A DNA stretch of 64,000 bases from a bacterium (lineage in GTDB: Bacteria; Zhuqueibacterota; Zhuqueibacteria; Residuimicrobiales; Krinioviventaceae): assembly GCA_963674595.2 (NCBI GenBank), contig CAXXFV010000004.1, positions 320,001-384,000 of the forward strand. The letters run 5' to 3'. Under the pieces are notes generated by a model. That model did not search any database. It saw only the letters and a list, made by a program, of their open reading frames with translations, and was not told where the DNA came from. Within the stretch, counting starts at the first letter, position 1. The number at the start of each line of letters is the position of its first letter. Both the position numbers and the translations under genes were made by a program. Below are positions 9,994-18,563 of the stretch, piece by piece.

Positions 9994-10021
9994 TAGATGA
10001 AAAAGTAAACAAAATGTTTCA
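9994..10021 (-). promoter_or_regulatory. Putative ECF-sigma (autoregulatory) promoter
   Basis: Minus strand TGAAAC-N16-CATCTA, close to the TGAAAC-N16-CGTCTA ECF consensus, about 40 nt upstream of the sigma ATG. Confidence 0.5.
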
Positions 10022-10075
10022 AAATTAATTGAAATACTGAATTTTTTTTAGTTCCTTATAAATAGTAAACTTGAT

Positions 10076-10207
10076 TCAGGGCATTAGGATCAAATACAGA
10101 AAAAAGAAAAGTGTAATGTTTGTAAATGTCAGCAGGAAATGATTTAAAGATGACGGATTTATCCCGATGAGAAATTTGAAGTTATTTGAAATATTTTTAT
10201 ATTTCAT
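10076..10207 (-). CDS. Unannotated 43-aa small protein with hydrophobic C-terminus
   Basis: GAGGTG RBS then ATG; MKYKNISNNFKFLIGINPSSLNHFLLTFTNITLFFFLYLILMP*; upstream TTGACA-N17-TATTTT. Confidence 0.45.
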   Translation of the reverse strand: MKYKNISNNFKFLIGINPSSLNHFLLTFTNITLFFFLYLILMP

Positions 10208-10245
10208 CAGACACCTCATTAATTATAATTTCGGTACCTATAATT

Positions 10246-10274
10246 AAAATATAAAAGACTTTAATTCATGTCAA
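10246..10274 (-). promoter_or_regulatory. Putative sigma70 promoter for small ORF / ECF sigma / phrB
   Basis: Perfect TTGACA (10274-10269), 17-nt spacer, TATTTT. Confidence 0.45.
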
Positions 10275-10594
10275 TAGGATATTTCATTTTTTTTGATTTA
10301 AAACACCTTTTCCGTTATTTTAAATAATTCTAAAGACCTTTCAGGCAAACTAAAAAAGGTGGAAATATTTTTAAAATTACATTGCGTATTTTTTTCAAGT
10401 TATTTATTTTTAATATTAATAACCGGAAATATCTGCAAAACAAGTGATGATCAATGTCTTTCAACGGCAAAAGCATCTTATTGTATACAAATTTCCATTC
10501 TTAATCGATTCGATGTTTTAAACAATAATTTTGGGTGATCTGCACATTTTAAATTCTAAAATTCCGGTTTTCACATATCTAAAAGGAGATGAGA

Positions 10595-10876
10595 ATGACC
10601 ATTTATGTAGGAAATTTGTCGTATGATATTCGAGAAGAAGAGTTAAAAGTACTTTTTTCAGAGTTTGGAAATGTAGAATCCGCAGTAATTATAAAAGATA
10701 AAGAAACCCACAGGTCACGGGGTTTTGGTTTTGTGGATATGTCGGATGCCGAGGGTGAATCTGCTATTGCAGCATTAAATGGAAAAGAGGTTAGTGGCCG
10801 TACCCTGGTTGTTAATGCTTCAAAATCAGATGGTAAAAATCGGTCCGGTCATTTTCGGCCAAAAAAGCGTTATTAA
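10595..10876 (+). CDS. RRM-domain RNA-binding protein
   Basis: RNP2 IYVGNL, RNP1 RSRGFGFV; AGGAG RBS spacing favours ATG at 10595 over 10589. Confidence 0.93.
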   Translation: MTIYVGNLSYDIREEELKVLFSEFGNVESAVIIKDKETHRSRGFGFVDMSDAEGESAIAALNGKEVSGRTLVVNASKSDGKNRSGHFRPKKRY

Positions 10877-10880
10877 TAAT

Positions 10881-10907
10881 AAAAAAAGGCCACTTTTCAG
10901 TGGCCTT
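10881..10907. terminator. Intrinsic terminator (U-tract on minus strand) between convergent genes
   Basis: AAAAAAAGGCCACT-TTTC-AGTGGCCTT. Confidence 0.75.
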
Positions 10908-10910
10908 GAA

Positions 10911-12338
10911 TTAATTTATAGGATCAATCCATCTTTCCCAATTAGTGTCATATATTTCTCCGCGCGCACTCGAATTCACAAGGTCCATGTCCCCCATTTC
11001 ACGTTTATCTACAAAGATAAAACTTACACCCCCTTGAAGGGCGTGATAGTACCAAACTTCATAGGTACGGTTTTCACTGCTGTATTGATGCCGTTCTACT
11101 TCATCCGGTTGGCCATAAATTAACATAACTCTGCCGCGATCTGTCTTATAACCATCTTTGAAATTTCCTTTAAATCGGCGGTTGGCAAATTCAACACGAT
11201 TTAAATAATCTTTTTTATATTCATTTATTGGTGTTCCCGGAGTAGGATCACGTTTGGACCAGAATTCTTTTAGAAATATTCTTTTACCGTCTTCATTTAA
11301 TGTTTTGAATGTTTCTTTCTCTTCCTTTTGGCAAATATAAAGAACCCATTCATATTCTTGGTCCAACTGATCTTCAGACATTGTATTATATTTATGGGCG
11401 TCAATTCCCGCACTTCCTACTTTATTTTGAGTTTGTGCTGCTAAATCGCTTTTCTTCTCATAATCACCCTGACGAAATACATAAAATTTCAAGTTTGAAG
11501 ATGTTATGTTTCCGGTTTCAAAATCTTTAATTTCAATATTTAAATTATAAGGTCCCGAAACAAGAGTGACAACATTGATACCGTTTACTTCAACGGCTGA
11601 TGTACCTGGTTTGGTTTTTATTTTAGGTGTAAAGTCTTTTACAACCTGGTTATCATTATTCAGTATTTTATAAGTGACAGAGTATTTATTAGTGGAATCC
11701 AAAGTTGAAGGTACCAGGTTATAGATTTCAGAATATGTATATAGAAGCGGAGAGCTTATACCATAAACTCTGGATGGGTTCGGGTAAATTAAAAATCCGT
11801 TTTTGTTAAAGGTACTTTGTCCGGTATCCTGTTTTATCAATGTTGCACATTGGATATCGCTTAGTGCCAATGAATTTTTTGCATAGTTTTTAATTGTTAT
11901 CGGAATAATTGTGCTGTCAATTTGAGTTTTGTCGTTGAAATCAAATACGACCAGTTTCAATTTAAACTCTCCGCTTGGAAGAGCAAAAGAGTTTTGAGCA
12001 AACAGCCGATTAGCGCCGGTAATTTCACTTAGACTATCAACATGATTAATGTTTTTCATGACTTTTTGGGAAAATAAAGAGTCATCTTTTAAAATACTGG
12101 CATTGACAAAGAACTCGCCTTTAAACCCTTTATCTTCATCAGGAACAAATTTTAATTGATTCCGAAAGATATCTATTGAAAATTCAAAATAACTCAGACT
12201 ATCTGAGTAGCGAAATTGGGTAAAATCAGATGCAAAACTAAAGTTTGGTTTATCGGCATTATTTGGTTCTTGTGAAAAACAAAAATTTGAAATTGGGATT
12301 GTACCTAAAATGAGGAGCATTAAGAGTTTTTTAAACAT
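10911..12338 (-). CDS. GWxTD domain-containing exported protein
   Basis: Signal peptide; FWSKRDPTPGTPINE..RVEFAN..GYKTDRGRVMLIYGQPD..EVWYY. Confidence 0.85.
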   Translation of the reverse strand: MFKKLLMLLILGTIPISNFCFSQEPNNADKPNFSFASDFTQFRYSDSLSYFEFSIDIFRNQLKFVPDEDKGFKGEFFVNASILKDDSLFSQKVMKNINHVDSLSEITGANRLFAQNSFALPSGEFKLKLVVFDFNDKTQIDSTIIPITIKNYAKNSLALSDIQCATLIKQDTGQSTFNKNGFLIYPNPSRVYGISSPLLYTYSEIYNLVPSTLDSTNKYSVTYKILNNDNQVVKDFTPKIKTKPGTSAVEVNGINVVTLVSGPYNLNIEIKDFETGNITSSNLKFYVFRQGDYEKKSDLAAQTQNKVGSAGIDAHKYNTMSEDQLDQEYEWVLYICQKEEKETFKTLNEDGKRIFLKEFWSKRDPTPGTPINEYKKDYLNRVEFANRRFKGNFKDGYKTDRGRVMLIYGQPDEVERHQYSSENRTYEVWYYHALQGGVSFIFVDKREMGDMDLVNSSARGEIYDTNWERWIDPIN

Positions 12339-15300
12339 TGGTTTTCTCCTTAACGATGTTGAGCTCTTTCAATGGTTCATCCCCTTTTCCATTAAGTAAA
12401 GAGTCAAATTTAACTGAAACAACTCTGGAAACACCCTCCTGTTCCATCGTAACGCCATACATTTGATGAGCAGCACGCATTGTGATTTTGTTATGAGTAA
12501 CAACGATAAATTGTGTGTTATTTGAAAATTCCTGCAATGCCTTTGAAAAGCGGTCCGTATTTTGATCATCCAATGGTGCATCAACTTCATCCAAAATACA
12601 AAATGGACTGGGTTTTACCAGATAAATAGCAAAGAGCAGGGATACAGCCGTAAGAGACTTTTCGCCTCCTGATAAAAGCTGTAACGATGCCGGTTTTTTA
12701 CCACCTGGTGCGGCATAGATATCAATATCGGATTCCAAAGGATCACTTCCTTCGCGAAGCACAAGGTTGGCCCTTCCGCCTTCAAAGAATTTTTTAAAAA
12801 CCTGAACAAAATATTTTTGGACTTCGTTAAAAGTATCTACAAATTTTTCACGGGCAGTTGTATTAATCATATCAATCGTATTCATTAAATTTTCACGCGC
12901 TTTTATCAAATCGTCGCGCTGCCCTTGTAAAAAATCTAATCTTTCTTTTTCCTGTTCATATTCTTTTAAAGCCAGCAGGTTTACAAGTCCAAAATTTTTC
13001 AGCTTTTCTTTCAAGTTTTCTATTTCATTTTGGGTTTCGCCATAAATAAAATTTTCGTCTGGTTTAACACGCTGCAGATCGTATTCATATTCCTCTTTTA
13101 TACGCGCTTTGAGGTTTTCGATTTTCATCCTCATTTCAGAGATATGCATTTCAGTAGCGTGGACAGACTCGGCAAGTTCGTTTGATTTGCTTCTAACAGT
13201 TCGAAGTAATTTATCATATTCGTCGGCTTTGACGTTTGCTTCATATTGTTCTTCTCTTAGAGACTCTAACTTTTCATGAGAAGTGTCTACCTTTACCTGT
13301 AAATCACTGATATGCTCTTCATAGGCAACGTTAACTTTGGATAGTTCTTCTATTTCTTTTGAAGCGCGTTCTGTTTCTCTGTCTCGGGATTCGATTAAAT
13401 TTTTAATCTCATCAAGCTGTTGTCGAAAAGATTCGGTCTCTCTTTTTAATGCTTCCAGTTCGCTTTGTTGCTGTGCAACTTCTACCCTGGTTTTTTGGAC
13501 CAGTTCTCCGGAATGGGTCATTTCTGTTTCAATTTTTTGGACTGTTTCCCGAAGAGAACCCGCTTCTTCAGTAAATTTACGCCTTTGTTCGAAAAGTTCA
13601 CCGGCATCTTCGTTTTGTATTTCGAGATTTTGTCCGAGTGTTCCAACTTCTGTTAAAAGTTTTTGTCTTTCCTGCGCCCTTTTAGTACGATTTTGATCCA
13701 GTGTTTGTTCCTCATAATTGAGCCGTCCGATATCGATTTTCAGGGTAGAATGTTCATTTTCAGATTGTTTTATAACTTTATTTAAATTTTCAATTTCAAG
13801 TTTGTTTTGGTTTAGCTGGTTTTCTTTATCTTCAATTTCATCTAATCTGTTTTCAATGTGTTCTTCAATTTTTGCAATTTCCTTGTTCAGGTCTTCCAGT
13901 TGCTGTTGTCTTCCTAAAAAATCGGATTGTTTTTTGCTCTGGGCTCCGCCGCGAATGACACCCCAGTGTCCTAATACTTCACCTGATAATGTAACTAGAT
14001 TGATATTTTTTGCCCGGACACTGTTGAAAATTCGGTGTGCTGTTTCAATATCCTGTACAACAAGAAAGGACCCTAATAATGCGTCCAAAATCGGTTTTAT
14101 GTTTGGTTCGCATTTAACGATTTCATTACCCCATCCAACAACTCCTAAATCTTCAACTGCCATGTGGGGTGCTTCAGGGGCCGTTATTTGTTCCAGGGGC
14201 AGAAAAGAAACGATGCCTTTCTTTTCCTGTTTTAACAATCCTATCCCTGTTAGCGCCGTAACCTGGTCCTTTACAATCATAAAGGATGACGCTTCACCCA
14301 AAGCCGCCGCTATGGCGGTGCGGTGTTCCGGATCAACCTGAAAAGCATTTGCAACAACACCGAGTGATGAAAAATCTTCCGACTCCATTGTAGCAAGATG
14401 ACGAACTCCTGCCGGAAAATCCTGATAATTTTCCAATATCCGTTTTAATAGTTCAGCTTCATTTTCAAGAACCTGTATCCGATTGTTGTCTTGCTGTTCT
14501 GCCTTTCGTAAATTGGCCAACGTTTTTTCAATCTCTTCTGAACGTCGTAAATAGTTTGTCAGCTTGACACGATTGTCTTCCAGTTCCTGAACAAGCGCTT
14601 CTTCCTTTGCTTCAAATTTGGAGGATTTTACACGGAGTTCTTTTAACTTATCTCGATCGTTTATGTCTTCTTCTTCAAGCTGCTGAAGACGTTTGCTGAG
14701 GTTTTCTTCCGTGGCTTTTAAACGTTCCCCTTCATTTTGCTTTTTACTTAAAGCGTCTGTAATTTTTAAAACATTTTCTTCTGCTTCACGAACGATCCGT
14801 CTTTTTTCTTCATAGTCTGCTTTAATGGCGTTAAAGGTCTCTTGTAAAGAATTATATTCTTTTTGTTTTGTTGATAATTCCTGTTGTAATGATTCAAGTT
14901 TGCTTTCGCTGCCCTGAAGCTGGTTTTTTAAATTTTGTGATCGTTCGATAAATCCGGATCGTTCTGTTGTATATTGTTGAACTGTTTCGTGAAGACTTCG
15001 AATTCTTTCCTTGTTAACTTTGACTCGTTCTTCAATTTTTTGTACTTCACGGTTTAGTTCATTATATATTTGCTGTTCTTTTGATATGGTTTGTTCAAGT
15101 TGAATCAACTGATGACGAATATTTTCATATTCCGCATCTTTTTTAGCCATATCTGTTGCAGCAGATTCACGGTCATCCTGAATCAGGCTAAACTTTGTTT
15201 CCAAAGGTTCAAGCTCATTCAGTGTTTTTGTATATTCATAATTTGCCAGGGTTATTTCCAACTCTTTTAGTTGATTTGAAATTTTTTGATACCTTTGGGC

Positions 15301-15933
15301 TTTTGATACCTGGCGATAAAGAGAACGAACAGTTTTATCAACTTCAGACATAATATCTTCGATACGAATTAAATCTTTTTCCGTACCTTCAAGTTTTCGA
15401 AAAGTGGCTTTTCGGCGAATTTTAAATCTTGTAATACCGGCCGCTTCTTCAAATATCTGACGTCTTTCTTCTGCTTTGCCGTTTAATATTTTTTCAACCT
15501 GCGGCAATTCAATAACCGAGTAGGAATTTGCCGCCATACCTGTGTCCATAAACAAATCACTAATGTCTTTTAACCGGCATTGATTACCGTTTATCAGGTA
15601 TTGACTTTCACCGGAACGAAACAAACGTCGGGTAATAACAACTTCCGAATAATCAACGGGCAACAGGTTTTTATTGTTTTCAATGCGTAATGAAACTTCT
15701 GCCATTCCAACCGGTTTGGCACTGGAAGAGCCATTGAAAATGACATTTTCCATTTTTTCCGAACGCAGAACGCCGCTTTTTTGTTCTCCCATAACCCAGC
15801 GAATTGCATCAACGACGTTACTTTTACCACAACCGTTTGGGCCTACAATAGATGTCATTCCGCTGTCGAAAACAATATTTGTTTTCTTTGCAAACGACTT
15901 GAAACCGACAATATTTAATTCTACTAACTTCAC
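12331..15933 (-). CDS. smc: Chromosome segregation protein SMC
   Basis: GFKSFA, Walker A GPNGCGKSN, coiled coils, hinge, LSGGEK signature, Walker B LDEVDAPLD. GTG at 15933 with AAGG RBS preferred to the 16011 ORF start. Confidence 0.96.
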   Translation of the reverse strand: MKLVELNIVGFKSFAKKTNIVFDSGMTSIVGPNGCGKSNVVDAIRWVMGEQKSGVLRSEKMENVIFNGSSSAKPVGMAEVSLRIENNKNLLPVDYSEVVITRRLFRSGESQYLINGNQCRLKDISDLFMDTGMAANSYSVIELPQVEKILNGKAEERRQIFEEAAGITRFKIRRKATFRKLEGTEKDLIRIEDIMSEVDKTVRSLYRQVSKAQRYQKISNQLKELEITLANYEYTKTLNELEPLETKFSLIQDDRESAATDMAKKDAEYENIRHQLIQLEQTISKEQQIYNELNREVQKIEERVKVNKERIRSLHETVQQYTTERSGFIERSQNLKNQLQGSESKLESLQQELSTKQKEYNSLQETFNAIKADYEEKRRIVREAEENVLKITDALSKKQNEGERLKATEENLSKRLQQLEEEDINDRDKLKELRVKSSKFEAKEEALVQELEDNRVKLTNYLRRSEEIEKTLANLRKAEQQDNNRIQVLENEAELLKRILENYQDFPAGVRHLATMESEDFSSLGVVANAFQVDPEHRTAIAAALGEASSFMIVKDQVTALTGIGLLKQEKKGIVSFLPLEQITAPEAPHMAVEDLGVVGWGNEIVKCEPNIKPILDALLGSFLVVQDIETAHRIFNSVRAKNINLVTLSGEVLGHWGVIRGGAQSKKQSDFLGRQQQLEDLNKEIAKIEEHIENRLDEIEDKENQLNQNKLEIENLNKVIKQSENEHSTLKIDIGRLNYEEQTLDQNRTKRAQERQKLLTEVGTLGQNLEIQNEDAGELFEQRRKFTEEAGSLRETVQKIETEMTHSGELVQKTRVEVAQQQSELEALKRETESFRQQLDEIKNLIESRDRETERASKEIEELSKVNVAYEEHISDLQVKVDTSHEKLESLREEQYEANVKADEYDKLLRTVRSKSNELAESVHATEMHISEMRMKIENLKARIKEEYEYDLQRVKPDENFIYGETQNEIENLKEKLKNFGLVNLLALKEYEQEKERLDFLQGQRDDLIKARENLMNTIDMINTTAREKFVDTFNEVQKYFVQVFKKFFEGGRANLVLREGSDPLESDIDIYAAPGGKKPASLQLLSGGEKSLTAVSLLFAIYLVKPSPFCILDEVDAPLDDQNTDRFSKALQEFSNNTQFIVVTHNKITMRAAHQMYGVTMEQEGVSRVVSVKFDSLLNGKGDEPLKELNIVKEKTNV

Positions 15934-16063
15934 AAATACCTTATATTTAATATAATTATGCAGTAATTCCAGTTTTAAAAAAGCTTTACAAGATACTATG
16001 CATTCAACCAAAAATCAAGAAGATTTTCGTTGTTTCTTGCTGTAAAAAATAATTTAAATGTTT

Positions 16064-18520
16064 TTAAAACAGTAATGAAAAATAATAAAGAGCATAGTAT
16101 AATATCGATTTTGTCAGGTGAAAATAAAGCCCAATGCATAATATTACAAAAAGAAACTGGACCAGACAAAATAACAACGTTTTAAATGTGGATAACTGTA
16201 AAATGACTTCTAATCCTCGAAAAACACGGACTAGAAACCATATTATAAATAACAGCACTAAAAAATAAGCAGGTATAATAAAGGCTGTTTTTGACAGAAT
16301 TCTGTCAAAAACAAGCGCTACTGGTAAAAGCAACACTAGATTTGCCGGAACACCGAATAAAAAACTGATTATTTTCGGCAGCTTTAAAAAACGTTTTTGA
16401 AAAAATATAAACACTTTAAATATAAATGCCTGAATTATTAAAATGATAAAAAATCCGGCTATAGATACAACAACCGCGATTGAGGGATGCTGGATGATAT
16501 AAATTATTTTACCTTTTGCCTGAGGTGTAGAAAAAAGCCAGGTTAATATTTCATCAAACAACATGGTGTTGCGAAAGTGATAGATAATTCCGGTAAAGAT
16601 CAGCGTGAGTGAGGTAAAAGCCACCACTCCGGTTGCTGCCACCGGAAAATGCAAAATATGGCGATTTTCTATCAGGTCTGTATAAAAGCCATGAGGAAAC
16701 AGAAAAATTCGTCTCAGGTATTTTTGCAGTCTTTTGTCGTTTTTAAGATATAAAAGAAATAGAAAAATAACGGCAAAACCGATAATGATAAATGCATTGG
16801 TGCCATTTAATTTGGATTCCGGTGCAATCAGGTCCGGTTGCGGCAAACCTTTAAATGCCGCTTTGACAACATCGTAGGAAGGGCGTTTGTTATTGTTTTG
16901 GTCTTTCATGCCCGTCATAGACATCCTGGTGTTTGTTTGGGAGCACGAAAATGTGAGCGGTGTATCACCTTGCCAATCCTGTAAAGCAGCGGCAATAATA
17001 TCAGTTTCGGATGTTTTATTAAAATTGCTAAATATATTTTGATAAATCAACGCCTGCTGTTTTTCCATGTCGATTTGTTTTTCAGCATGACTACAAACAG
17101 GCACCTGAAATCTGTAGATAATTTTGGGTGAATTTGGATCCGGTAAAAATGAAGGGATTTGAGTATTATTATAAATGACAAAATCTTTAATCATCCAGTC
17201 GGTCGGAGGAACCGTTTCCATTATTTCGTCCCGATAACAGGCGTAAACAGGGCGGCTGGTCACAGACTTTACTGTTGAACAAAGGTCGGTAAGAAAGTTG
17301 TGTGTTGTTTTGTCCTTTAGAGAAAATCCTGTGCCCAATCCCCAGGCTATAATTGACGGATGATGATCAAATGTGCTGATAAAATGTTCGACCGTGCGGG
17401 ATATTTTTTTTCTGTAATTTTCGTTTTTAAAAAAGGCCGGCGGAATATTATTTATCGGCAGGTCCACTAAAACGTGCAGTCCGATTTCGTCACAGACATC
17501 AAGAAAATTCAACGGCGGTGTCATGGAAATAAGCCGAACAGCGTTGGCGCCGGTGTTTTTTATTTCCAAAAGATCGTCATAGATTTTTTCCTTTAGTGAA
17601 TCGGATGGTATGGTTTGAAAATTTTTGCTGTATACCCATTCAATTGTTTTTAGGGGAGCATTTTGAACAGGTTCTTTTTGTGCAATTGCGATTGATAATT
17701 CATTGGATTGAATTATATTCCCGGCATCTTCCAGCCGGAATTTGTTTGTAACCGGGTTTTCAGGCGACCAAAATGTAACTTCATTATCCGGAATTTGAAA
17801 TGTATATTGAACAAGATGATCGCTTTTTTCACCGGCTGTTGCCGGGCTTTTCCATTTTGTTTTTTCAGAGGTTTGATCAATCAATAAAAGCCGGCAGTCT
17901 GAAAGTTGGTTTGGAGCTGCCTCATAATCACAAGTCAGAATTTTAAATTGTTCTTCTCCTGCACCAGATATTGTTATTTTACGGATAAAGGGCTTGGCAA
18001 CGGACACTATTCGAACCGATCTGACAACCTCAGCAAGAGAAACCGGAAGGCCCTGGTTTTTAACCAAAAGCGGTAATGTTGTTTTTAAATCGGATTTTCT
18101 GTTTATATCAATTGTAATTGTTAAAAACTTTTCTGTTAAAAAAAGTTTGGCCGGTAATTTAATAAGCGCGGGCATAACAGTCTGTTCAATATCACTCAAC
18201 AGTTGATCGTTAACAAAGACCGAACCGATGCCGTTAATACCATCAATGGCTAAAAAGGAACTGTTATTTTTAATAAAGGAATCCGGTTGAAAAAATGTTG
18301 TAAGAGTAAATTTTTCAACCGTATATTTTTGTAATGATGAAAATTTTGTTTCGTGTTTGTTCTCGTGCTCAATAATAAATTTTTCAGTCAGGTCAATGGT
18401 CCGGCAGGAATTGAATTCTGTTAATGTTTTCACTAAAGGCACGGTGGTAATGTTGTTTTGTGCGTACAGCGTTGTGCACAGGAAGAAAAGAACAAGGTTT
18501 AGGATGTTACGGAAAAGCAT
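16064..18520 (-). CDS. GH2-like TIM-barrel protein with C-terminal multi-pass membrane domain (probably catalytically degenerate)
   Basis: Signal peptide; GH2 remnants WSPENP, IKNTGANAVRL, LDVCDEIGLHV, HHPSIIAWGLG; several C-terminal TM helices. Confidence 0.7.
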   Translation of the reverse strand: MLFRNILNLVLFFLCTTLYAQNNITTVPLVKTLTEFNSCRTIDLTEKFIIEHENKHETKFSSLQKYTVEKFTLTTFFQPDSFIKNNSSFLAIDGINGIGSVFVNDQLLSDIEQTVMPALIKLPAKLFLTEKFLTITIDINRKSDLKTTLPLLVKNQGLPVSLAEVVRSVRIVSVAKPFIRKITISGAGEEQFKILTCDYEAAPNQLSDCRLLLIDQTSEKTKWKSPATAGEKSDHLVQYTFQIPDNEVTFWSPENPVTNKFRLEDAGNIIQSNELSIAIAQKEPVQNAPLKTIEWVYSKNFQTIPSDSLKEKIYDDLLEIKNTGANAVRLISMTPPLNFLDVCDEIGLHVLVDLPINNIPPAFFKNENYRKKISRTVEHFISTFDHHPSIIAWGLGTGFSLKDKTTHNFLTDLCSTVKSVTSRPVYACYRDEIMETVPPTDWMIKDFVIYNNTQIPSFLPDPNSPKIIYRFQVPVCSHAEKQIDMEKQQALIYQNIFSNFNKTSETDIIAAALQDWQGDTPLTFSCSQTNTRMSMTGMKDQNNNKRPSYDVVKAAFKGLPQPDLIAPESKLNGTNAFIIIGFAVIFLFLLYLKNDKRLQKYLRRIFLFPHGFYTDLIENRHILHFPVAATGVVAFTSLTLIFTGIIYHFRNTMLFDEILTWLFSTPQAKGKIIYIIQHPSIAVVVSIAGFFIILIIQAFIFKVFIFFQKRFLKLPKIISFLFGVPANLVLLLPVALVFDRILSKTAFIIPAYFLVLLFIIWFLVRVFRGLEVILQLSTFKTLLFCLVQFLFVILCIGLYFHLTKSILYYALYYFSLLF

Positions 18521-18563
18521 AAATTGTCCTGAAAATGTTATTAAATATAAGCACGTTCAGGTA

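Noticed and set aside
10300-10365. GGCAAAC and the CACCTTTT/AAAAGGTG inverted repeat resembling a c-di-GMP-I riboswitch start
   Set aside because: The downstream GNRA stem and GACGCAAAG elements are missing
13337-14341. Antisense ORFs (119 and 207 aa) within smc
   Set aside because: Ser/Phe-rich mirror translation of coiled-coil codons
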